A stretch of 63,879 nt of DNA, counting the filler, from Octopus bimaculoides (taxonomy: Eukaryota), in the NCBI RefSeq assembly GCF_001194135.2. It is 6 parts of 6 records of this genome, joined end to end, with 100 filler letters (N's around TTAATTAATTAA, not from the genome) between each part and the next. Parts side by side here need not be neighbours in the genome. Positions count along the whole stretch, not along the records: positions 1 to 27,356 come from NC_069000.1; 5 more parts are not named here. The stretch is one strand, 5' to 3'. Of the stretch, positions 1-12,789 are shown in pieces. Numbering within the stretch: position 1 is the stretch's first letter; the number at the start of each line of letters is the position of its first letter. The position numbers and the translations under genes are program-made. Below the pieces are notes generated by a model. It saw only the letters and a list, made by a program, of their open reading frames with translations. It was not told the DNA's origin and ran no database searches.

Positions 1-78
1 TATATATATACAGGAGTAAGCACATAAATGTGAAACAAGGAGGAAAAAATGAGTACTCAAATACCAGAGGTAGAGTAA

Positions 79-249
79 TATGCTTTATTTAAAAGCAGCA
101 GAAATATAACAAAAGGCTGTTACTCAGAGTTTCACGTACCCAGTCATCGGACAGTTTTGTTAAAAATGGGAACTGTCCGATGAACGAGAACGTGATACTC
201 TGAGTAACGGCTTTTTGTTATATTTCTGCTGCTTTTAAATAAAGCATAT
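79..249. repeat. ~170 bp foldback inverted repeat (Penelope-like terminus remnant); each arm carries a hammerhead-like motif
   Basis: Arm 79-156 (tatgctttatttaaaagcagcagaaatataac...catcggacagtt) is the near reverse complement of 171-249, with a 14 nt spacer and (TA)n on both sides. Confidence 0.85.
173..210 (+). ncRNA. Minimal type I hammerhead-like motif, CCGAUGA core variant, decayed (GAAA>GATA)
   Basis: CTGT-CCGATGA-ACG agaa CGT-GATA-CTCTGAG-TA-ACGG. The opposite arm (117-154, minus) keeps GAAA and the stem I partner ACAG. Confidence 0.55.
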
Positions 250-610
250 ATATATATATATAACATTGTCAAACCTACTTCAACGGTTTTGCTATGAAAT
301 TGTGAAACTATTTCTTTTCTTTTCTCGAAAATCAACGTTTCGGACTTACGAAACTTTTGCATAATAGCATCGATACACACACGCACACATTTTTACGACG
401 GTCTTTCCCTTTCTGGAAATTCAGACACAGACCATTAGTCATCCTGGAGCCACAGTAGAGGGTCACTTCCTTACGTTTCCCTGAGAGAATAGCAAAGAAC
501 ACCAACTGATTATGTTATAACACGGTGAAATCGAACCAGAGGTCTCACGGCTGTAAATGAACATTTTTCAACCATACGGCCACGCTGTCACCACTCGTTT
601 CCTTCTAGTG

Positions 611-673
611 CATTGCCCTGGACTCCCCTTGATTGCCCTGGACTCCCCTTGACTGCCCTGGACTGCCCTTCAC
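611..673 (+). repeat. Short tandem repeat, ~20 bp unit (ttgccctggactcccc-type) x3
   Basis: Directly visible tandem copies. Confidence 0.8.
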
Positions 674-856
674 TACATCATACCAGTCACGTTACACTAC
701 TTTATACATTAATTTTAAACTAAAATTACAGTAATGCCATGTAATCAATTCCCCCCACCCCTTTTTTTGTTGGTTTGTTTCTTTTTCCAATAAATTCTAC
801 GAATTTCATTTGTTCTTAATTAATAGTTAACTTTTCTATTCACTAATTTCTATGAG

Positions 857-857
<1 letters not shown>

Positions 858-905
<48 letters not shown>

Positions 906-1125
906 GTTATTATTGTTACTGTTGTTGGTGGTGGTGGTTTTGGTAGTATCAATTTTCATTGACCATTAATTAATTTTTTTAAATGAATATCACCCATCGT
1001 CGCTATGACCACTAGCGCCACCAACCCACCAACCAGACAACCAACCGCTTCCAGCTTCACTGCAGCCACCGTTCGTCCTCGTCGTATTCATTGTTGTTTT
1101 CGTCATCCTTATCTCCCTTCGCATC

Positions 1126-1167
<42 letters not shown>

Positions 1168-1452
1168 GTCACCATCGTCGTGGGCTACATTATCACCGCC
1201 ATTGTGCTCGTCCTCATCGTATCATCTCCACCACCACCACCACCACCACCATTGTCATAACTATTATCGTCGTTGGCCACGTCGTTATCATCATCGTCAT
1301 CATCATAACCATCATCATCGTCATCATGAAGTATCTTCATTATCAACATGGATACGCTTCAAACTAATCATTATCGGTACTAACGATCACCACCAGACCA
1401 CCACCACCACCAGACCACCACCACCACCACCACCATCACCACCACCACCATC
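858..1452. repeat. Trinucleotide microsatellite cluster (ACT)n, (CAT)n, (CAC)n ending in a gap
   Basis: Visible arrays; they generate the poly-H/S/P/M ORFs. Confidence 0.9.
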
Positions 1453-1756
1453 NNNNNNNNNNNNNNNNNNNNNNNNNNNNNNNNNNNNNNNNNNNNNNNN
1501 NNNNNNNNNNNNNNNNNNNNNNNNNNNNNNNNNNNNNNNNNNNNNNNNNNNNNNNNNNNNNNNNNNNNNNNNNNNNNNNNNNNNNNNNNNNNNNAGCAGT
1601 AGCAACACGTACGTCTCTCCGTTTTCTGATGCAACATTTTGCATCCCCCCGTAGTGTACTTCTCCTCAGCATCATCTGACCCCCTACCTTGCGTAAGCCC
1701 TCACTCTGCAAGAAGTATCCAACAGATCTTTCTCTCCCTTGTAATAAAATCCTATA

Positions 1757-2165
1757 CTGGTTGTGTGGTAAGAAGCCTGCTTACCAACCACATGCTTCCG
1801 AGTTCAGTCCCACTTCATGGCACCTTGGTCAAATGTCTTCTACTATAACCACGGGCCGACCAAAGCCCTGTGAGTGGATTTGTTAGACAGAAATTTAGAA
1901 ATGACCGTCGTATGTGTATATATGTGTGTATATATATGCGTGTGTGTGTGTGTGTGTGTTTATCTCTTCGTTTGTCACTCACCACAGCTTGACAACCGGT
2001 GTTGGTGTGTTTACGACCCATGTAATCTAGTGGTTCGGCCAAAAGTTCAACAGAATAATTATTAGTCTTAAACAGGACATAAGCTGTAATGTCGATTCAT
2101 TTGACTAAAATTCCTCAAGGGGATGCCCCAGCATGGCCACAATCTCATGTGAAATAAATATAAAC
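1757..2165 (+). mobile_element. SINE family A, near full length (tRNA-like head, CORE-like CACCTTGGGCAAGTGTCTT segment, internal TG/TA microsatellite, ...CATGGCC...GAAACAAGTAAAA tail)
   Basis: Colinear with the copies at 47590, 25495 and 33912. Confidence 0.85.
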
Positions 2166-2888
2166 TAAAACAAACAAAAAAGGTTTTGATCAACGCAATC
2201 TAATATCGATATGAGTCTGATGAGAGGTGGGATGGTCACGGTTGGCTAAGGATTATTCCTCTGTTTGATGGTCAACTAGAGAGAATTGAGGGTATATATG
2301 TACTTCCGTCTTTGGCCATAGGCGTCAAGACTTGGGGGCGGTGAGGACCTTTATTTGGGGAGCAAAATAACGATACTAAAGGATTAGATGTGCCCTGAAA
2401 TTTGTTTTCTATTCCTTAATATCAGGGTGGCAAACGGGTAGAATCTTTAGGACGTTTGATAAAAACGCTTAGCAGCAGTTTACGTGATGAGGTTACAAGC
2501 CACCGCGTTTCGGTGGCTGACAAAATAAGTACCAGCTGACTAATGGGTCGGTGTAGTCGCCTGATTCCTTTCCTATGATTGTTGGCCTTTCGCTTTTGTA
2601 CTGGAAAGAATCATTAGTCTCATTATCGAGTTAAGAAGTAGGTGGGTAGGTGGGTAGGTGGGAGAATAATACCGATGACATCGATGAGTAAAATTATGCT
2701 AATCATGCCGCCGCTGCTGCTACTGCGACTGCTACTGCTGATCTTGGGGCAACTGATGTTGCTGCTACTGCTAATGATGATGACGATGATGATGATGATG
2801 ATGGTCTCAGTCATGATATTGATGGTGTGTTGATACTGATGATTGTCACGAGCGACATAACATGTGCCTGAGTGTACGTGTGTGTGTT

Positions 2889-2928
<40 letters not shown>

Positions 2929-3365
2929 NNNNNNNNNNNNNNNNNNNNNNNNNNNNNNNNNNNNNNNNNNNNNNNNNNNNNNNNNNNNNNNNNNNNNNNN
3001 NNNNNNNNNNNNNNNNNNNNNNNNNNNNNNNNNNNNNNNNNNNNNNNNNNNNNNNNNNNNNNNNNNNNNNNNNNNNNNNNNNNNNNNNNNNNNNNNNNNN
3101 NNNNNNNNNNNNNNNNNNNNNNNNNNNNNNNNNNNNNNNNNNNNNNNNNNNNNNNNNNNNNNNNNNNNNNNNNNNNNNNNNNNNNNNNNNNNNNNNNNNN
3201 NNNNNNNNNNNNNNNNNNNNNNNNNNNNNNNNNNNNNNNNNNNNNNNNNNNNNNNNNNNNNNNNNNNNNNNNNNNNNNNNNNNNNNNNNNNNNNNNNNNN
3301 NNNNNNNNNNNNNNNNNNNNNNNNNNNNNNNNNNNNNNNNNNNNNNNNNNNNNNNNNNNNNNNNN

Positions 3366-3402
<37 letters not shown>

Positions 3403-4260
3403 TACATACTTACATACATATATACGCAGGCACTTCTGCACACACGCAACCTATATATACATATGCATAAGGAAATACATAGACACGTACACACACATAC
3501 ATACACGAACACACACACACACACATAAACATACAGTCCACCACCCTGTAATTCAATATAGAAAGTTTCACTAATGGAATTCTTTAAAAATTATCCGGTT
3601 TCTGATTGTTTTTCTGTATTATTTCCTCTGTATTGTTGTTGGTTTTTGTTGTCCTAACATTGAACTATCAATTAAAACTGGAGGGGATCTGTGCTGTTTA
3701 TAAACAGGGAGTTGGTGCGGTGTGGTGTGGAGGGAAGTGTATTGGTGTGTTCCAGGGAGAGGCAAGAGGTGAGCCGGTTGTAATTATTGTATGGGAGTAT
3801 GACGGTAGGAGGGTGTAGCTAGGTTGGTGTGTTGATTGTTAGGGTGGCTGACTGGCTGACTGGCAGGGCGGTGGGCCGGTAGGCAGCTATCTAGGTAGAG
3901 AGCTATGTAACCAGTTAGGCAGATAGGTACGTGTGTGTGTGTATACACACACTCACACACATACACACACACACACACAAGTATATGTATATGTATATGT
4001 ATANNNNNNNNNNNNNNNNNNNNNNNNNNNNNNNNNNNNNNNNNNNNNNNNNNNNNNNNNNNNNNNNNNNNNNNNNNNNNNNNNNNNNNNNNNNNNNNNN
4101 NNNNNNNNNNNNNNNNNNNNNNNNNNNNNNNNNNNNNNNNNNNNNNNNNNNNNNNNNNNNNNNNNNNNNNNNNNNNNNNNNNNNNNNNNNNNNNNNNNNN
4201 NNNNNNNNNNNNNNNNNNNNNNNNNNNNNNNNNNNNNNNNNNNNNNNNNNNNNNNNNNNN

Positions 4261-4333
<73 letters not shown>

Positions 4334-4510
4334 AGTGAGAGAGAAAGAGAGAGAGAGATAATTAGCTAGATAGATAGATGGACAAACTGACAAGTAGGGA
4401 GATGGATAGCAAGAGAGATAAAGACAAATAGGCAGACAGAGAGTAAGAGAGAGAGGGAGAGAGAGAGAGAGAGAGAGTGAGAGAGAGATAGAGAGTGTGT
4501 GTGTGTGTAT

Positions 4511-4905
4511 ATGTTTGTGTGTCTGTGTTTGTTCCCCAACATCGCCTGACAACCGATTCTGGTGTGTTTATGTTCCCGTAACGTAGCGGTTCGGCAAAAG
4601 AGCCCGATAGAATAAGTACTAGGCTAACAAATAATAAGTCCCGGGGTCGATTTGCTCGACTAAAAGCGGTGCTCCAGCATGACCACAGTCAAAGGATTGA
4701 AACAAGTAAAAGAATATATGAATATAAACATTGCTACTCGCTATTGGCGCAGCCGTGGCTGTCTGGTAAGTAGGTTATTTCCCCAACTACATTGTTCGGA
4801 TTTCTGTCCCGGTGTGAGGAAAGTTGAGCAAGCGCCTTCTACTATAGCGTCGGGACGACCAAACCTTATGAGTGTAGATGGAAACTGAAAGAAGCCCGTC
4901 TTATA
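4511..4905 (+). mobile_element. Two head-to-tail SINE family A halves (3' half 4511-4716, 5' half 4746-4905)
   Basis: High similarity to the corresponding halves of the 47590 copy. Confidence 0.85.
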
Positions 4906-5149
4906 TATATATATGCATATATGTGTGTGTTTGTGTGTATTAGTTATATATATATATACTCATATATGATATATATAAATGCTATATTCTGATAACCCTA
5001 TAAGCCCGCTCGTGTCCGTTCTACAGAACTTTTAATTAGCAGCTTTTGCATCTGTGTACTGTTTGCAAATATCCAACACAAACACACTCACCTACATATA
5101 TACGCACACACCCACATATATACATGAATGTACATATATGTATGTATAC

Positions 5150-5231
<82 letters not shown>

Positions 5232-7274
5232 ATAAATATATATATATACACACACATTGTATATGTGTGTATGTTTGTACATGTGTGTGTACATGTGCAT
5301 GCATTTGTTTGTGAGTTTTGATCTGCTCTGTAAACCATGACTACAACTATTTCTGTTTTAATTGCTCAACTTGGACAACTTCCAATACACACCACATCGT
5401 ATAATTTATTGTTTCACCAAGTCTGCAACAACACTGCAGAAAATCTTCCTTCCCAAGAGCCAGCACGGTAACCTCTATTTAGTCGCTTTACATGCTAGAA
5501 TAAACAGCGAGATCCACCTCAGAGCAAGATATAAAGCGAACGTATACGACAATTTAGTTTACGTTGACTTATTGCTGTAAATATATGCACGGATGGTCAT
5601 TGCTTGGATCCCCTAATCAGGAGTCAACCTGATCAGGGCCCATTTAGGAATCACAGAAAAGGGAATCTACGTTTTTAAGGCACAGCAGCCAGTGTCAAAT
5701 GCCTGGTCGTTCAACACTTCTCAAACTAACAAAACACCATATACCTCAAAAAATATCAGGGAATTTTTGTTCGGTACCCTATCTGAGGTAATGCGAAGAA
5801 AAACACTTATCATGCGATCATATAATTTTTCGTTCGTTGTTATTGTGTCGGGCAAGTTTAAAAAGATTCATAACCATCTTGAAATTGGTTATCCATCTGC
5901 TTCACTCCGCCAACTTTTCGAGGATGGGTCATAGGGGTAAAGTCTCCAAGCTCCTCTTCCATAGGATCCTATCTAAAGCAACCGTCATTAGACTGTCCGG
6001 TTGAATTTGCAAATGTCACCAACCGGGATCTACCCCAAGGGGTTCCAGTTAAATTGAATTGGTTACGTACCTGTCAAATGCTTTCATTCTTTATCTGAAA
6101 ACCGTTGCATTTTGACGATTTTAACATAATAACGACGCCAATTATTATGGATAGAAATGTAGATCTAACGTTTCGGGAAAGAAATCATACTTTTAACAAT
6201 ACTTGTCAATAGATATTTTCCTTCTCACTGATTTTGATAGAAATGTTTACACCACGGGACTGTCGACCTCCGCAACAATATATCATTTTTCTTTCCTGTC
6301 ACACATAATAATACTTTCAGGACTTTATTTGTATTTGCCTCACGTTTTTATTCCAACGTTCAACCATTATTCAGTATGTGAAGAAATATGCCGGCAATAT
6401 ATTTTATATTTCTTCATCAGCTACATTTTCTACACAAGTGATCCTACACTGCTTTAGCATTGCTGCAAGAGAAACTAATATTCAGTTACGATTTTGGATG
6501 CAGCTTATGAAAACATTTTAATGTCACACATACGGTGACATAATTGAAAATTCGGTTTGTCTTTGTGTTTCTGTAGGACTTCAGACAACAGGCTTTTGTT
6601 TTCTCAACATAAATTTCTAGCTATGTTATTAAATTGTAACAAAATATTCTGCGCTATATGAAATGACCCAACAGTCACCATTCACAAATGAAGCTACACT
6701 TCTTATCGATATTGGTTGAACTTCTTTTATGAATTTATATTAATAAAAATCTGGAATAAGTTTCCTTTTGCTGGTTTTTATTGAAGTAGATTCTTCCAGC
6801 ACATATGAGGTAGCTTGGAATGTCTTCAGAAACTAAGTTACCAACATGTACTGTCTCTCTTCAAAATTTAGGTGTATCTAATAAAGGAAAAATTTTCCAT
6901 TCCTAGAAAAGACATCTTAGAACAGAGCACAACCAAAAAAAAAAAAAACAACGTTCAGTTGATTGAAATGAAATTGATCGCAAATCTCATACCAAACTCG
7001 AACCCTCAGACGTGCTTTAAATTCTTCTTATCCACCGCTACTAGAGTGGACTCTTCTCAACAAATCTCGCTAGTCTTACACTACTTAAACACAGGTCTTC
7101 CTGCTTCACTTTTTACTTCATATCGATTCACCTCTTGACCCCGCAAGCCAACACACCCATCTAATCCGCTTCAGAAAGTCTCTTCATTCTGGAGTTCTAC
7201 CTCTGTCCATTAAGCATGTCTTTTAATCCAGAGGTCGATTTACAAGAGTTGACATTTAATATTGCTTTCAAATT

Positions 7275-7480
7275 TTGCCATAAAGCCGCCAGCAACATTC
7301 GTGGGGAGGGGTGAAGTGGATTACATTGATCTCACAACTCAACTGATAACTATTTTGTCCATCCCGAAATGGTGAAAGGCCATGGCAACTTCGGCGGTAT
7401 TTGAACTCAGAACATAAAGCCAGACGAAATACTACAAACATTTTCCCCGGTATGCTAACGATTCTGCTGGCTCACTGCCT
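7275..7480 (-). mobile_element. SINE family B (tRNA-like head, GTCGACTTTGCCTTTCATCCTTTCGGGGTCGAT central domain)
   Basis: Reverse-complement match to the copies at 8400 and 16518. Confidence 0.8.
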
Positions 7481-7699
7481 TAATATTTCTAAGAAATAAT
7501 AGAATTGTACTAATGTTTCTTACTGTTATTGACACAAACATGTAACCACCGGAATTTATCAAATCGTGGATAAAAGGACTTACACACACACGACGCACAC
7601 ACACACACACACACACACACAAACATACACACACACACATATATAAATTAATATAAAGAGCTAAGCGTAATGTAATATCATAAAGGGAAAATTTCATCT

Positions 7700-7890
7700 T
7701 TGTTTTTGTCTTTCACCACCGTTCGACAACAGATTTTGATGCGTTTACGTTCCTGTAACGTAGCGGTTCGGTAAAAGTTACGGATAGAATATTACCACGC
7801 TTAAAGATTCATTCGACTAAAAAATTCTTCAAGGCGGTGCCCCGGCATGGCCGTCGTCTAGTGACTGATACAAATAAAAGATAAAAGATG
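7700..7890 (+). mobile_element. SINE family A, 3' half
   Basis: Matches the family A tail. Confidence 0.8.
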
Positions 7891-8399
7891 ACAGTTAAAA
7901 TGACAGACCAATTCTTTGGAGATGATTCAAGAGCGAAACATGGGTTATTGTCAGGTAGTGTGTATCAATCAATAACCAGTGAGATCAAAGGCAAAGGTCT
8001 CATTTAATGAAGCCATACTTTCACAAGATTTCTGCTGCCTTGCATTACAGTCCTCACCTCAGTATTATTAATTAGAACTTGTCGAAAACATCCTCACACT
8101 TCGTTCTTTCCACCAGCCATTCCACCTGTCATTAACAATGATATTGTAATATTCTTAGATTATTGGTTAAGACAGGTTGTGTAAACTTTATGGTTAATGC
8201 TAAAATAATCTCTCTATAATGATGGTTTTCACGCTTGGCTAGTAAATGTTGTTCATTCTAATACATTTCAATTTGTTATGTCAGTTTGACCTTCCGTATT
8301 TATTTTAGCGATAGATGTCAGCTATGTTCCATTAGAGCCAAACCTTCGTTGTTCCTTTCTTCTTCTTCTTCTTCTTCTTCTTCTTCTTCTCGGAGTTCA

Positions 8400-8600
8400 A
8401 GCCGGCGGACTGACAGAATCGTTAGCGCGCCGGACGAAACGCTTAGCGGTATTTCGCCCGTCGCTACGTTCTGAGTTCAAATTGCGCGGAGGTCTAATTT
8501 GCCGTTCATCTTTTCGGGATCGATAAATTAAGTACCAGTTACGTACTGGGGTCAATGTAATCGACTTGCCGTTCCTCACAAGATTCAGGCGTTGTGCCAA
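8400..8600 (+). mobile_element. SINE family B
   Basis: gccggcggactgacagaatcgttagc...gagttcaaatt...taagtaccagttacgtactgggg. Confidence 0.85.
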
Positions 8601-8639
8601 CAGCAGAAAGGGTTGTTCTTCTCAGAGTATTACTGAAGA

Positions 8640-8900
8640 GTCTCCCGGTCTCGGTCACCTGTTTTACTGTTGCTGTTGCTACAAACGGTTTATGGCCAAG
8701 CCTGGGGCCGTGGAAACCTCTGACGTTCTCGGCCCCCTGATCATATCCCTGCTCACCGCTATCGGGGCAGAGATGGCTACCCCCGAATGCGAACCTCGTG
8801 AATCAAAGTGGTTGTTCCAGTGCATCAGCCTCGCTATCCTTCAAGGCAACGCCTTTTCCATTTCGTCTGCTGGGGTCACGTGGTGGTCTGAATTAGAGAA
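8640..8900 (+). mobile_element. C-terminal fragment of a restriction-like endonuclease non-LTR retrotransposon, CRE-like
   Basis: Translation AVETSDVLGPLIISLL...EPRESKWLFQCISLAILQGNAFSI matches the recalled RLE C-terminal pattern (AxETxGxxG...E.R...LFQRISLAIQRGNA). Confidence 0.65.
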
Positions 8901-9164
8901 AATCGAGAGAATATAAGACTTTCGTAGTTTACTACACGAACGATAAATTCATACAATCTGTGTAATATTCAGACAGCAGGCTAATTAGAATTTTCTACTT
9001 GACGAAGGAATGAATAATTATCATATAATTATCATATAATTATCATATTGAAAGGCTTATTGATGTGATTTGCTTGATAATTAATTAATCACCTTCTTGT
9101 AATTAAAACTAATTACAGAGGATTATAATAAATTATGGTTAAATCGTTCTTTTCATTGACTCTT

Positions 9165-9380
9165 ATCTTTTAATTGTTCCATTCGTTAGACTGCAGCCAT
9201 ACTGGAGCAACACCTTTAAGAATTTTTAGTCGAATGAATCGACCTCAGCACTTATTATTTTGCTAAGCCTGGTACCTATTCTATCGGTCTTTTTTACCGA
9301 ACCGCTAAGTTACGGGGTCGCAAACAACACCAACACCGATTATTAAGCGGCGGGAGACGGACAAATACACACAACACACT
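9165..9380 (-). mobile_element. SINE family A, 3' half
   Basis: Reverse-complement match to the family A tail. Confidence 0.8.
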
Positions 9381-9396
9381 CATATACATACATACA

Positions 9397-9468
<72 letters not shown>

Positions 9469-9473
<5 letters not shown>

Positions 9474-9527
9474 TGACGAGTGAAGATTATATGATACTAT
9501 AATGATCACGAAATCGGCGATCTATAG
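9469..9527 (+). ncRNA. Type I hammerhead ribozyme motif (CUGACGA core, AUC triplet)
   Basis: CTGACGA 9473-79; stem II GTGA/TCAC plus ATTATA/TATAAT; GAAA 9510-13; near-palindromic ATCGGCGAT stem III; T9521-C9522. Stem I has a mismatch. Confidence 0.65.
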
Positions 9528-10370
9528 TTCAGTCTGTTTTAAAAGGCTAGCTTCTTTGAAGGCTGCATCTCCTCGCATTCGGTAAAAATGTGTTTATTAC
9601 GGTAGTTAACGTGAGGCATTCTTGTATAGTTATGCCCTTATATATATAAATAAATATATATATATATATATACATATATAACTCAGAAAACACAAATATC
9701 TCAGAAAGCTCTTTAACAGCGCAGAAGAAATCAAAATAAGAAAGCAAAGAATGTAGAACTCTAATTGTTGAATATCATTGGCGTTGCGTAGAAATCCACA
9801 GCCACAAATGGTTAAACGAATTATGTTAGGTCAAACTGACATACTCAATAGGCATTTCTTGCAATTGAGAAAAGCAGCAGTATATGTTAGAGGTGTTAAT
9901 TATCCTGCACTCGTTATCACTGTGGTCTTGAACATTATCAACAATGGCTTTTAACGTGGAATTTCTATTCTGCTTGCTCCATCGAGAATGGTATGTTGTC
10001 GAAAGAAATTTTCGAGAACTAGGTAACATTCACTCTAAATTACAGATTTAAGTTGTTTAAATATGTATGTATTACACAGTTCTCTCTATCGGATTATTTT
10101 GACAGGCACGCGTGTATATATATATATATATTCCAGGAATCCGATTAGAGGAAGTTAGTGAGCTTCAAGCAGTAGGTTTACAAAACTAAAAGTGGAGTAA
10201 GTACGATAAGATACAATAGCAAGTTATTGAAATCAAGCATTACACACTTTTACCCATATGGAAGTTGCGAGGGAATTCTTTAAGCTGATAGTTTCTATAT
10301 AGCTGACAGTTAGCTACTGGAGCTACTACACATGGGAATTAAAATTCAAATTTAGCGTATGTTTCTTAAC

Positions 10371-10973
10371 TACAGTGTGTTCAAAACGTTTCTCGGCAGT
10401 AAGTATTTTATTGCAAAATAAATATTCATAAGATAGTATAAGACTACAAAAGAATATATTAGACTTTACAAGACTTTAAAAGACTTCATAAGAGGTGTTG
10501 AAAGTGTCGTCCTTCATTTTCAATGCATAAGTTGACTCTTCTACACATGTTTTGAAATACATCTTGGAGAGTCTGATGCATCTTGGAGAGTCTGACGCGG
10601 TGTAGACCGTGTGAAGGTTATGATTGCGTCTTTTAGCTCATTAATGGTTTTCGGGCGATTCTTGTACACGGATCGTTTCCTTTCTCCACAGAAAAAAAAT
10701 CTAGTGGTATTAAATCAGGTTATCTTGGCAGCCAAAGTCCCTTCGAAATAATCCGTTTACCGAAAAACGCTTGAAGTAGCGCCATGGTGATGCACGAAGT
10801 ATGTGCTGTAGCTCCATCTTACTGAAAGTATGCATTCTTAATTTCCCTTTCAGTGAGTTGGCCAACAAATGGAGAGAGACAATATTTGAGCAATATCCCT
10901 CGGTGTTGATGGTGTCTTCAAAAAATATCAGTCCCACAATATACTTTCTCGAAGTTGCTATCCATACTCCAAC
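10371..10973 (-). mobile_element. Decayed Tc1/mariner-superfamily transposase 3' half with one terminus (rosa/DD41D-like motifs, DD38D spacing)
   Basis: Minus-strand translation VGVWIATSRKYIVGLIFFEDTIN...AYFQ*DGATAHT...IISKGLWLPR*PDLIPLDFF...RRVNLCIENEGRHFQHLL* (stop 10486-88). TA followed by CAGTGTGTTCAAAA terminus at 10371. Confidence 0.85.
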
Positions 10974-10989
10974 ATATACATATATATTT

Positions 10990-11217
10990 ATTTAAAGCCC
11001 ACATGAGGCTATAAACATAGAGGGGACAAACAAGGACAGACAAAGCGATTAAATCGATTACATCGACCCCAGTGCGTAACTGGTACTTATTTAATCGACC
11101 CCGAAATGATGAAAGGCAAAGTCGACCTGTGCGGAATTTGAACTCAGAATGTAACGGCGGACGAAATACCGCTAAACATTTCATCCGGCATGCTAACGTT
11201 TCTGCCAGCTCGCCGCC
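10990..11217 (-). mobile_element. SINE family B, full length, tail variant 1 (...gtcccctctatgtttatagcc...)
   Basis: Well-conserved copy. Confidence 0.9.
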
Positions 11218-12079
11218 TATATCTATATNNNNNNNNNNNNNNNNNNNNNNNNNNNNNNNNNNNNNNNNNNNNNNNNNNNNNNNNNNNNNNNNNNNNNNNN
11301 NNNNNNNNNNNNNNNNNNNNNNNNNNNNNNNNNNNNNNNNNNNNNNNNNNNNNNNNNNNNNNNNNNNNNNNNNNNNNNNNNNNNNNNNNNNNNNNNNNNN
11401 NNNNNNNNNNNNNNNNNNNNNNNNNNNNNNNNNNNNNNNNNNNNNNNNNNNNNNNNNNNNNNNNNNNNNNNNNNNNNNNNNNNNNNNNNNNNNNNNNNNN
11501 NNNNNNNNNNNNNNNNNNNNNNNNNNNNNNNNNNNNNNNNNNNNNNNNNNNNNNNNNNNNNNNNNNNNNNNNNNNNNNNNNNNNNNNNNNNNNNNNNNNN
11601 NNNNNNNNNNNNNNNNNNNNNNNNNNNNNNNNNNNNNNNNNNNTACATACATGCATGCATGCATGCATACATACATACATACATACAAAATCCTGTTGTA
11701 ATTGAAAACAAGAGACTTTGATAGACAGGGGAAGTAACACAAACGAGAAAATGACAAAAGAAACAAAAACAAATTATATTTATAGAATCAGGGAGGAAAA
11801 CGCATGAGGTTTGAGAGAGTGGGAGGGAGAAAAAGATGGAGGAGAGAGGGGAAGGAATCGTTAATGGGAATTGCTACAGTGTTGTGCCAGAAGGTTCTTA
11901 AGGTCAGGTTGACCAATCAAAATCAATGACCAGAACGGAGAGCTGAACTGACTGCCAACTTTGTTTGGTGCCTATATTTCAAATCGAAATAATTCTAAAA
12001 GTGACATTCTGACAGAAAAGATTGTCTCTGACTTCCACCACCATCACGCACTCACGTTTGAAATATTGCGTACTACTAA

Positions 12080-12151
<72 letters not shown>

Positions 12152-12789
12152 CAGTTGTAGTTGCAATAGCAACAGCAGCAGTTGTAGTGGTTAAAATAGT
12201 TTCGTATTTTTGCTTTGCTGTTCTTTTTTAGGCTGCTGTTGCTGCTGCTGCTGCTGTTGCTGCTGCCGCACCCTCTTTCTTTTTCTTTTTCTTTTTCTTT
12301 TCACAGTTTCCCATTTATTATATTCATCGTCGGCGCTGTCGTCGTCATCATCACATTGATCATCATAGACATCGTCAGAATTCCAATCCTGCTCTTCCTA
12401 CTCTTCATCCCTCCCCCTCCCCTCCTCCTTCTCCTCCGCCTCCATCTCCATCATATTATTATCATCAATATTCTATAATTCATTCATTCATTCATTATTC
12501 TCTTATTTCACCATTTATCATTCTCCATTACACTTGTTTTACATAATCCTGCTATGATTGTTTTACCTCTTATCATTGTCCTTGTCCTTCAGTCCACAGA
12601 GCTTATCATCATTATTATCCTCCTCCTCATCCTCCTCCTCCTCATCATCATCATCATTATTACTGAGTGATAGAGCAGGGTATGCCATCAGTGATACAGG
12701 GGTACAAATATACGAAACCCAATATACCCATCATGACTACCCATCTGACAAGAGTACACCAGGCACATGCATCACAACCATATTTGGGT

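Noticed and set aside
611-673. CRISPR-like or regularly spaced repeats (also 18738-18785, 30485-30640, 62678-62730)
   Set aside because: Simple tandem duplications with no unique spacers; eukaryotic context.
2215-2260. CTGATGA at 2217, and similar isolated cores at about 41984 and 63266
   Set aside because: No stem II plus GAAA geometry.
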